Assembly (NCBI GenBank): GCA_965232515.1
Contig: CBDDPY010000002.1
Coordinates: forward strand, 2,496,001 to 2,560,000
Source: Alphaproteobacteria bacterium
GTDB taxonomy: Bacteria; Pseudomonadota; Alphaproteobacteria; GCA-2731375
DNA: 64,000 nt
Reading direction: 5' to 3'
Positions 38,741-46,955 of the stretch are shown piece by piece. The notes beneath the pieces were generated by a model, which saw only the letters and a program-made list of their open reading frames with translations, was not told where the DNA came from and searched no databases. How positions within the stretch are numbered: the first letter of the stretch is position 1; each line of letters begins with the position of its first letter. Position numbers and translations under genes: made by a program.

Positions 38741-38845
38741 ATGCTTCGAGACGACGCTTCGCGTCTCCTCAGCATCAGGATAACGTGTTGAAACAGAGCG
38801 AATCCTCATCCTGAGGAAGCCCCGATAGGGGCTGTCTCGAAGGAT
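38741..38845. repeat. REP-like repeat family B, copy 2
   Basis: ATGCTTCGAGACG...CTCCTCAGCATCAG and CTCATCCTGAGGA...TCTCGAAGGAT. Confidence 0.85.
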
Positions 38846-38864
38846 GGTCAGCCGCGCTATCGGA

Positions 38865-39461
38865 TTATTTCAGCAGCCTGTTAGTCGATTTTTCGCGGTT
38901 CGCATCGCGAGCCGTCGACGGCTCGCGCGCGGTGCCGCCCTCGATCCGGGTGAAGGTGCGGATCTGATCGCCGATCGATACGGCGCGGCGGGCGCTGTCG
39001 AGCCAGGAATAGACCGTGGCGCCGAGAATCATATCCACCCGCGCGCCGTCCGACGCCAGCGGCAGCAGGATGCATTCGCCCGGCGTCGGCTTGTCCGTGT
39101 CGGCAAAAAGCCAGCCGTCGATGTGCACGACGCACGGCTGCTCGACCGCCTGCCGGAAGCAGTAAGCGACATCTTCCGTCGCCCTCGGCGGCTCGATCTC
39201 GTCCAGAAACCGTCCCGTGACATTGTCACGGTAGGCATGGCGCACGTGATCGCCCATCAGCCGGTAGCGGAAGCGGCCGACCTCGGGCAGGTAATCGCAG
39301 AGCCAGACGAACGGCAGCAAGCTCGGTATCTGCGTGGGATCGATGTCGGCGCGCGCCGGCATGGCGCGGGCGCCCGCGGCCGCCAGCCAATAGGCAATCA
39401 GGTCGCGCAGCGGCAACTGCTCGACATGATCGAAGCGTTCCATGGTCAGGCGCATGGGCAT
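38865..39461 (-). CDS. Stand-alone PAS domain protein (PAS_5-like); start uncertain, up to 39569
   Basis: YW...MPARADIDP, FRYRLMG and LLPL motifs. Confidence 0.78.
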   Translation of the reverse strand: MPMRLTMERFDHVEQLPLRDLIAYWLAAAGARAMPARADIDPTQIPSLLPFVWLCDYLPEVGRFRYRLMGDHVRHAYRDNVTGRFLDEIEPPRATEDVAYCFRQAVEQPCVVHIDGWLFADTDKPTPGECILLPLASDGARVDMILGATVYSWLDSARRAVSIGDQIRTFTRIEGGTAREPSTARDANREKSTNRLLK

Positions 39462-39717
39462 GGCCCTCGCGGCGCACGGTATTGACGCGGGCATGCCCGG
39501 CCGCCCGAAGCGGTGCTGGGACATTGAAAATCGGTCAAGGCGTTCCTCGAAGTACTTGGTTGTCATCACGACAATCCCCCACCCGAACCGTCACAATTGC
39601 CGATGCCTGCAAGCTAGACGATGCTTGCGCCGCGGTCTTTGGATCGGTGTCTCAAGTTCGTGGTATGGCAGTCTCATCTTCCGGGAAATCTGCGTGGCGA
39701 TGCGAGCTAGCAACGAG

Positions 39718-40809
39718 TCAGGTCGATGACTGACGGTCCGATGCCGTTCCAAGTTGATCCAGCCACCACAGCTGAGGCAGCGCCGCCCGCCCATAGGCCC
39801 CGGCCTTCTGGCGCCCGCACCGCGCCGACGCGACGGCCTCCATCGCATCGATCGGCGAAATGCCGAACCGCTCGCGGAAGCTGCGGCTGAAGTGGCTGGC
39901 ATCGAAGAAGCCGAGACGTTCGGCGACGCGGCTGATGCGGCCGCGCTGTGGCGGGCCCGCGGAAAGCAGCGTAAAGGCGCGGTCCAATCGCCGGTCCCAG
40001 AGATAGCGCGCAACGCCGCCATGGTCGGCGAAACAGCGATAGATCGTCGCCCGCGACGCGTTGAACGTCCGGAACAACTCACCGGTCTCGAAATAGGGAT
40101 TCTCGAGATTCTCGTCGATGTAGCGCCGCATGGCCTGAGCCAGCGAGGCATTCCACCCCGCCGTGGTATCGTCCGGCGGCTGTGCGCCATCGGTGTCCGA
40201 TCCGCCCAGCAGAAATGCCCGGATCAATCCCAACAGACCGTTGGCCAGTGCCTCGGCCTCGCCGACCTTGGCGTTCGGCAGGGCATCGATCAGACCGTTC
40301 AAGGCCGCGACCAGGACGCGGCCCGTCGACGTATCGGTTGAATCCGTGATCGTGTCCCCGTGCCGGCGCCGATCGAAACCGATCGCCTCGCGGGGAATGA
40401 TGACGGTGGTGTGCCGGACCGCTGAGTTGACGACCCGAAACGGCAACGACATGTCGGCCAGATGCAGATTGCCTGGCCCCAGGCAGATCAGGTCGTCGCC
40501 GACAATGCCCTTCGCGAAACCGCTTTGGTAGTGCCACAGCACGACGAACTCGGCGGACAGGCCGGCAAGGTGTTCGGCGCGGCGCTCGGATATGCGGGCG
40601 CTGGCCTGGGTTTCCATCACCGCGATCTGGCCAAGCTGCCAGGAACGGATCCGGGCAGCGACGTTTTCGCGCTCTTGCGGCGCGACCTTCATGTCGATGA
40701 TGTCCCGCGCTGCTGTATGCCAGGCCTCGAACCGGTCTTCCGGCCCGAAGGCGGCGAGATCGAAACACCGCACCGGCAGGCGGTCGTCGGCGACAGTGTT
40801 CTCAGGCAT
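39718..40809 (-). CDS. AraC family regulator (FeaR-like sensing domain)
   Basis: DRFEAW, SRATIYR and GFFDASHFSRSFRERFGISP motifs. Confidence 0.88.
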   Translation of the reverse strand: MPENTVADDRLPVRCFDLAAFGPEDRFEAWHTAARDIIDMKVAPQERENVAARIRSWQLGQIAVMETQASARISERRAEHLAGLSAEFVVLWHYQSGFAKGIVGDDLICLGPGNLHLADMSLPFRVVNSAVRHTTVIIPREAIGFDRRRHGDTITDSTDTSTGRVLVAALNGLIDALPNAKVGEAEALANGLLGLIRAFLLGGSDTDGAQPPDDTTAGWNASLAQAMRRYIDENLENPYFETGELFRTFNASRATIYRCFADHGGVARYLWDRRLDRAFTLLSAGPPQRGRISRVAERLGFFDASHFSRSFRERFGISPIDAMEAVASARCGRQKAGAYGRAALPQLWWLDQLGTASDRQSST

Positions 40810-41237
40810 GAAACAAACGCCCCGTCGGCTCATGGGGCATCGGAACATGCCGGCTGCGGGCCGGCAGAATCTTGGCTTGGCGCATCAGTCGTTACCCGTT
40901 TCAAAGACCTGTTCAACACCCTTCAGTGTCTCTACCAAGCCCACGGGATCCGACCAACCAGCTATGATCACTGGTTTGTATTTTGAGATTTGTTGCGACA
41001 ACAAATCACGACTTAGCGCGACAATCAAATACATTATCGTTTCGCGACGAAATCTTCCTTGCATCGTGGACCGATCGAACATCAAACGACCAGAGGTCGT
41101 TGCCGACGCCGCGGCCGCCATTTATCCCCAATCTTGTAGACTTGCCAAATGAATAGCTGCTCTGCACATCAGTATACAAATCCATCCATAAGGCGTATGA
41201 TTTAAGAGCATCAATAAAACTCATAGAGAGGCTGAAG

Positions 41238-41723
41238 ATGATTAAGCCAGCTACGAGTTTTATGTTGTGTTCTTTTCTAGTTTTATTCCCCTTCGATAAG
41301 TTATCGGCGGCCGAGTACGACCTGACCGGCTCGAACTGCTATCATGGCGAATACAACGTCATAGTCAGAGGCAAGGGCGATTTCTCGCTCAGCTATGTCC
41401 TGCACGGCGCATCAACCTACGACGACGAAAGCGTTCCATTCCGTCACATGGCGACACGCTGCGTCGGCCTTTATGCGCTCAGGAACGGCGAGATCGAATC
41501 ATATGCGCACTGCGAGATGATCGACGGCGACGGCGACAAGCTCTTCGTCCTCGGAAATGCGCGCGGTCAGCAAAACAGCGGGACGTTTCCCGGCGGGACG
41601 GGCAAATTTGAAGGTGTCACGGGCACGTTCACCTCCGAACCCGTTGGGCGTTTTCCCGAGCCCGAAGAGCGTAACTTCGTTGCCTGCCGCCGGCATCACC
41701 ACACGTTCACGCTGCCCGATTGA
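41238..41723 (+). CDS. Secreted hypothetical protein (paralogue 1)
   Basis: Signal peptide, GAGAGG RBS, DGDGDKLF and GGTGKF motifs, four mature Cys. Confidence 0.75.
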   Translation: MIKPATSFMLCSFLVLFPFDKLSAAEYDLTGSNCYHGEYNVIVRGKGDFSLSYVLHGASTYDDESVPFRHMATRCVGLYALRNGEIESYAHCEMIDGDGDKLFVLGNARGQQNSGTFPGGTGKFEGVTGTFTSEPVGRFPEPEERNFVACRRHHHTFTLPD

Positions 41724-41780
41724 GGTCCGGTTCGATTTACGTAACCGGGAACGCAACAACACATCTCGAGGAGAACGATC

Positions 41781-42260
41781 ATGCTGAACAGGTATGTCAT
41801 GTCCGCCCTCGTGGCGTGTACGGGTTTGACCTTTGGCGCATCAGGCGCCGTTGCTGGTGATGTGAGTTGGCGAAGTTGCTGGGCCGGCACGAGCCAGACC
41901 GTCGTGCGCGGCGAAGGCGACCTCTCTTTCAGCACGGTGTTTTTCGGAACCACGGTGACCGATGATCCGGCGGATAAGCTGCACATGTCGTCCTTCAAAT
42001 GTGTGTCGGCGGGCGACATCCACGGCGGGAAGGCGGTCAGTACCGGCTATTGCCAGTCGGTGGACGCCGACGGCGACAAGTTCTTTTCGACCTACGAAGT
42101 GGTCGACGGCGCCGGTCCCCTGACGTTTACCGGCGGTACGGGCAAGTTCGACAAGGGCTCGGGCGTCGTTCAGATAAAGACGATTGGGCAGTTCCCGGGC
42201 ATTGAGTCGGGCAAGTTCCAGGGCTGCAACAACGGAAAGGGGTCCTACACCCTCCGCTAG
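41781..42260 (+). CDS. Secreted hypothetical protein (paralogue 2)
   Basis: Signal peptide, GAGGAG RBS, DADGDKFF and GGTGKF motifs, same four Cys. Confidence 0.78.
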   Translation: MLNRYVMSALVACTGLTFGASGAVAGDVSWRSCWAGTSQTVVRGEGDLSFSTVFFGTTVTDDPADKLHMSSFKCVSAGDIHGGKAVSTGYCQSVDADGDKFFSTYEVVDGAGPLTFTGGTGKFDKGSGVVQIKTIGQFPGIESGKFQGCNNGKGSYTLR

Positions 42261-42284
42261 CTGCCGGCCAACGGATCCGCCGCC

Positions 42285-43010
42285 TCAGATCTGCCGGTCG
42301 CGGATGGCGATAATGGCGGCGTGGTGCTTGTTGCGGGCGCCGAGCTTTCGCACCGCCTTGCCCAGGTGATAATTCACCGTCGAGGCGGCGACGCAGATGA
42401 TCTCGGCGATCTCGTCGGTGGTCTTGCCCTCGGCGGTCCAGCGCAGGCATTCGCGCTCGCGCGCCGACAGCGCCGGCATGGCGGTCGTCTCGTCGCCGCG
42501 CAGAAAGCCGATCATCCGGTCGTGCACCTGCACCGCGGTCAGCTGTAGTGCGTTGCGTCGCACCGCGACGGCATCCACTAGGTCCCGGCTGCGGGTGCCG
42601 ACCACCGAGAACACGCCGATATCGCCGTCCGGCCCCGAGACCGGCACGGAATAGCCGTTGACGATGCGGAACTCGCGCGCCTCGTAGAAGATCTGCCGCT
42701 GTGACTTGCGGAACGGCCGGAGGAAGCCATCGCTGCCCCAGGTGAACGGCAGGCGCGATCGCGCGCCCAGATCGGCGACGGGGTCGTAGAGCTTGTAGGA
42801 CCGGCCGAGATAGCGGCTGCGCCATTCCTCGGGATAGTTCGTGACCAGCGTGGAATCGGTGTTGCCGCGCGACGAACGCGGCATGCGCAGAACAAGGTAG
42901 GAGTAGTACGGCAGCCCCAGATCGCCGACATAGCGCTCCAAGACCCGGCCGACCTCGTCCGGCGAGCCGCAGGTCTCAAACGGATTATGATCGATCGCCG
43001 GCAATGACAT
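42285..43010 (-). CDS. LuxR-family quorum-sensing receptor (autoinducer-binding domain plus HTH), no adjacent luxI
   Basis: TNYPEEWRSRY, DPV, PFTW, NGYSVP and LSARERECLRWTAEGKT motifs; start at MSLPAIDH. Confidence 0.92.
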   Translation of the reverse strand: MSLPAIDHNPFETCGSPDEVGRVLERYVGDLGLPYYSYLVLRMPRSSRGNTDSTLVTNYPEEWRSRYLGRSYKLYDPVADLGARSRLPFTWGSDGFLRPFRKSQRQIFYEAREFRIVNGYSVPVSGPDGDIGVFSVVGTRSRDLVDAVAVRRNALQLTAVQVHDRMIGFLRGDETTAMPALSARERECLRWTAEGKTTDEIAEIICVAASTVNYHLGKAVRKLGARNKHHAAIIAIRDRQI

Positions 43011-43239
43011 TTGTCTTGCTGCTTTGTGGCCACCCCGCCGTGCCGCCGAACGGTAACATCCGGATTGGCCCGGCAACAAGACAGCGACGACCGGTAATTC
43101 GAAGCAGGAATGCGCCATTTCAAGCCGTTTTCGGCCGAAATCGCGTGCTTTTTGCAAACTTTGCCAGTGTACGGCCGGCTTTGGCGGTGCTTTTCTGAAG
43201 GTTCGACCGATGACAAGGCTTCTGACAGGGAGAACAGAC

Positions 43240-44493
43240 ATGTCGTCACTCAGAAATCGGGGTCGCCGCTGGGCCGCCACCGTCGGTGTCGCGGGCGGGA
43301 TCGCCGTGGCCGCCTGGTCGGGCGCGCTGGCCGACACCGTCAAGATCGGCGTGCTGGCGCCGCTGACCGGTCCGTCGGCGTCGGACGGCGAGGAATTCGT
43401 GCGCGGGGTCGAATGGGCCGTCGAGGAGGCGAACGCCAAGGGCGGCGTTGCCGGCCATACCTTCGAGGTCGTGGTCGCCGACGTGAAGGACCATTCCGCC
43501 GCCAACGTCAGCAGCGCCGCCGAACGCCTGCTCGGCACCGATGGCGTGCACGTGATCCTGACGGGCTACGCCAGCCTGTCGATGTTCGAGGTCGATCTCA
43601 TGGCCGAGGCCGGCATGCCCTATCTCGCCGCCGGGCCGTCGCCGTCCTTCGCCGCCATCGTCTCGCAGGACCCGGACTATTACTGGTGCTGCTGGTCCTA
43701 CACCGCGTCCTTCAAGGGCTACGAGACCGACGTGCTGCCGGCGATCGAGAGCCTGGGCGCGCAGGGCAAGATCGCCATCCGCGACAAAAAAGTCGCGATG
43801 ATCTCGTCCGACAACCCCTATTCCAAGACCATCTCGGAGGGCATGAAGAAGGTCTTCGACGCCGCCGGCTGGCAGATCACCGTCGACGAGATGGTGCCGT
43901 TCGGCGAGGTCGGCGACTGGCGCGCGATCCTCGCGAAAGTCCGCCAAGACCCGCCGGATCTGGTCATCAACACCGACTATCTGCCCGGCAATTCGGCGCT
44001 GTTCCTGAAGCAGTTCCTGGAGAAGCCGACCGACAGCGTCGTCTTCCTGCAATACGCGCCGTCGGTGCCCGAGTTCGTCGAGCTGACCGGGGCGCAGTCG
44101 ACGGGCGTGCTCTACAACCTGATCGGCGGGCCGCTGGATTCGCCGGGCTGGCCGCGCGGCCAGAAGCTGATGCGCGCTTTCGAAGAACGCTATGGCGTGA
44201 CATCGGGCGCCTACGGCGTCGGCCTCTACGAGATGACCAACATGTATTTCATGGCGCTGGAAAAAGTCGGCGACCCGACCGACCACGAGGCCATCGGCCG
44301 CACCATCGGCACGCTGAAGACCGACTCCGTCGCCGGGCCCATCGAGTTCGATCCGGCGACGCACGTGGCGCTGCAAAGCGACGACCACGTGCCGGTGTCG
44401 TTCTGGCAGATCTGGGACGGCGATCGCGTGCTGATCAAGCCCGACAAGTACGCCAACGGCGATTTCCGGCTGCCGCCCTGGATCGCGCAATAG
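43240..44493 (+). CDS. Liv/HAAT-family ABC substrate-binding protein
   Basis: Signal peptide, KIGVLAPLTGPSASDG and NAKGGVAG motifs; GGGAGA RBS. Confidence 0.9.
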   Translation: MSSLRNRGRRWAATVGVAGGIAVAAWSGALADTVKIGVLAPLTGPSASDGEEFVRGVEWAVEEANAKGGVAGHTFEVVVADVKDHSAANVSSAAERLLGTDGVHVILTGYASLSMFEVDLMAEAGMPYLAAGPSPSFAAIVSQDPDYYWCCWSYTASFKGYETDVLPAIESLGAQGKIAIRDKKVAMISSDNPYSKTISEGMKKVFDAAGWQITVDEMVPFGEVGDWRAILAKVRQDPPDLVINTDYLPGNSALFLKQFLEKPTDSVVFLQYAPSVPEFVELTGAQSTGVLYNLIGGPLDSPGWPRGQKLMRAFEERYGVTSGAYGVGLYEMTNMYFMALEKVGDPTDHEAIGRTIGTLKTDSVAGPIEFDPATHVALQSDDHVPVSFWQIWDGDRVLIKPDKYANGDFRLPPWIAQ

Positions 44494-44526
44494 CCGGCGT
44501 CACGCGCTGGTGTAACCTGCTTGGCC

Positions 44527-45273
44527 ATGGCTGAGGGGGGCAGAGAAACGCTGTTCCGCGCCGAGGGACTGGTCAAATCCTTCGGCGCGCTGACCGCGGT
44601 CGACGACGTCGGCTTCGCGGTCGCGGCCGGCGAGATCCTCGGCATCGCCGGCCCGAACGGCAGCGGCAAGAGCACGCTGTTCAATATCATCACCAACGTG
44701 CCGTTCCGGGCCGACCGCGGCCGCGTCGTCTTCGAGGGCCGGGAGATCCAATCGCTGCCCGGCCACGAGATCTGCCGCCGCGGCCTCGCCCGCACCTTCC
44801 AGCGCGAGAGCGTGTTCGCTAGCCTGCGCGCCATCGACAACGTGCTGACCGCCATCGAGCATAGCGGCGGGCGCGGCACCCAGGCCGAGAACGAGGCCCG
44901 GGCCGAGGCCGCGCTCGACCGCGTCGGCTATCCCGGCACCATGCACAACACGTTGGCGGGCGGCCTGCCGGTGTTCTTCCGCAAGCAGGTGATGATCGCC
45001 AGCGCCATGGCGCTCGGGCCCCGCCTCCTGCTGCTGGACGAGCCCGCCTCCAGCCTGACCCAGGCCGAGGTCGACCGCATGCGCGACCTGATTCTCGGCC
45101 TGCGCGATGCCGGCGTGACGATCCTGTTGATCGAGCATGTTCTGCCGCTGCTGACCGCTGTGTCGGACCGCCTGATCGTCCTCGACCAGGGCCGCCTGAT
45201 CGCCGAGGGCGCGCCGCGCGACGTCGTGCGCGACCCGCGCGTGGTCGAGGCCTATCTCGGGGTCGCCCCATGA
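44527..45273 (+). CDS. LivG-like ABC ATPase
   Basis: GPNGSGKST, ARTFQ, LLLDEP, IEH and VVEAYLG motifs; degenerate signature motif. Confidence 0.9.
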   Translation: MAEGGRETLFRAEGLVKSFGALTAVDDVGFAVAAGEILGIAGPNGSGKSTLFNIITNVPFRADRGRVVFEGREIQSLPGHEICRRGLARTFQRESVFASLRAIDNVLTAIEHSGGRGTQAENEARAEAALDRVGYPGTMHNTLAGGLPVFFRKQVMIASAMALGPRLLLLDEPASSLTQAEVDRMRDLILGLRDAGVTILLIEHVLPLLTAVSDRLIVLDQGRLIAEGAPRDVVRDPRVVEAYLGVAP

Positions 45274-46064
45274 CCGGCGCCGCGCCGTTGCTGGAGTTGC
45301 GCAAGCTGTCGGGCGGCTACGAGCCGATCCAGATCTTCCGCGACGTCGACCTGCGCGTCGATCCCGACAGCAGCATCGGCCTGTTCGGCCCCAACGGCCA
45401 CGGCAAGACCACGTTGCTGCGCACCGTCAGCGGCATCATCGACCCCTGGTCCGGCGATATCTTCTTCGACGGCCAGCGCCTGAACCGCGAAGGCGAGCGC
45501 GGCAGCCGCCGCTCGCGCAACTTCAACTACGACGCCGTGCGCCGCCGCCGCATGGATCCGAAAACGGTCGCGCGGGCCGGCCTGATCCAGGTGCCGCAGG
45601 GCAACCTGCTGTTCCCGGAGATGACCGTGGCCGAGACCCTGTCGGTGGCGCCGGCCGCCGCCGCCGGCCGCGCCGACGCCAAGGAATCGCTCGCCCGCGT
45701 GCACGACCTGTTCCCGCGCCTGCACGAGCGCCGCGACCAGAAGATCCGCTTTCTGTCCGGCGGCGAGCGGCAGATGGTCGCGGTCGGCGTCGGCCTGATG
45801 GCGGCGCCCAAGCTATTGATCCTGGACGAGCCGACACTGGGCCTGTCGCCGAAGCTGCGCCTGGAGCTGTGCGACGCGATCCGCGCTATCCAGGCCTCTG
45901 GCGTGCCGCTGATCGTCGTCGACCAGGACGTCGAGTTCCTGGAGCAGATCATCGATACGCTCTACCTGTTCGACCACGGCAGCATCTCCGGCCGCATCGA
46001 CAAATCGGACATGCCGTCGCACGCCGAGATCATGGCGATGCTGTTCGGCGAGCCGGCCGCATGA
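45270..46064 (+). CDS. LivF-like ABC ATPase
   Basis: GPNGHGKTT, LFPRL.ER, LSGGERQM and LDEPTLGLSP motifs. Confidence 0.9.
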   Translation: MTGAAPLLELRKLSGGYEPIQIFRDVDLRVDPDSSIGLFGPNGHGKTTLLRTVSGIIDPWSGDIFFDGQRLNREGERGSRRSRNFNYDAVRRRRMDPKTVARAGLIQVPQGNLLFPEMTVAETLSVAPAAAAGRADAKESLARVHDLFPRLHERRDQKIRFLSGGERQMVAVGVGLMAAPKLLILDEPTLGLSPKLRLELCDAIRAIQASGVPLIVVDQDVEFLEQIIDTLYLFDHGSISGRIDKSDMPSHAEIMAMLFGEPAA

Positions 46065-46945
46065 CCGCCGAAACGTTCATGTTCGTCACGGCCGGCGGCC
46101 TGGTCCTGGGCGCGCTCTACGCCCTGATGGCGACCGGCCTTGCCGTCGTCTGGACCACGTTGGGCATCTTCAACTTCGCCCACGGCGCCTTCATCGCCGC
46201 CGGCGCCTATATCGCCTGGCAGGTCGGCGGCGCGCTCGGCGACGCGGTCGTCGCCGGCGCCCTCGCCGCCGTCGCCTTCATGTTCGTCATCGGCGTTCTG
46301 TTCCACGTGCTGCTGGTGCGGCCGTTCGAGCGGCAGCCCAACCTGGTGCTGATTTCCGTCATCACCACGCTCGCCGGCGCCGCCGTCCTTGAAAACCTGC
46401 TGAACGTGATCTGGGGCGCGCGCTCGAAGCAGATCCCGCCGCTCGCGGCCGGCGACCTCACGGCCTTCGGCGTCACCGTCTCGCACAACGAGGCCGTGCT
46501 GCTCGTCGTCGTGCTGGTGATCCTGGCGCTGCTCGGCTACTTCCTGCGCCGCACACCCCAGGGTCGGGCCATGCGCGCCGTCGCCCAGAACCGCGAGGCG
46601 GCCCAGCTCATGGGCCTCGACGTGCCGCGCCTCTACGCGCTCGCCTTCGGCCTGTCGGCGGCGCTCGCCGGGCTCGCCGGCGTGTTCATCGGCTCGATCC
46701 GCTTCATGACGCCCACGATGGGATCGGACCCGCTGCTGAAGGCCCTGATCGTCGTCATCTTCGGCGGCATCGCCCGCTTCACCAGCCCGATCTACGCCGC
46801 CTTCATCGTCGGCATGGTCGAGGCCTTCTCGACCTACTATGTCGGCCTCTACTGGACCCCCGCGGTGCTGTTCGCGCTGATGATCGCCGTGCTGATCGCC
46901 AAGCCCGAAGGCCTGTTCGGCAAATACCAGCGGTCGGTGCAGTGA
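46061..46945 (+). CDS. LivH-like ABC permease
   Basis: GALYALMATGL, FNFAHG and GRAMRAVAQN motifs; ATGA overlap. Confidence 0.9.
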   Translation: MTAETFMFVTAGGLVLGALYALMATGLAVVWTTLGIFNFAHGAFIAAGAYIAWQVGGALGDAVVAGALAAVAFMFVIGVLFHVLLVRPFERQPNLVLISVITTLAGAAVLENLLNVIWGARSKQIPPLAAGDLTAFGVTVSHNEAVLLVVVLVILALLGYFLRRTPQGRAMRAVAQNREAAQLMGLDVPRLYALAFGLSAALAGLAGVFIGSIRFMTPTMGSDPLLKALIVVIFGGIARFTSPIYAAFIVGMVEAFSTYYVGLYWTPAVLFALMIAVLIAKPEGLFGKYQRSVQ

Positions 46946-46955
46946 GACAAAAACG

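Noticed and set aside
39524-39538. TTGAA-AATCG-GTCAA as an FNR box
   Set aside because: The spacer is 5 bp instead of 4, and the site may lie inside the PAS gene's N-terminal coding region.
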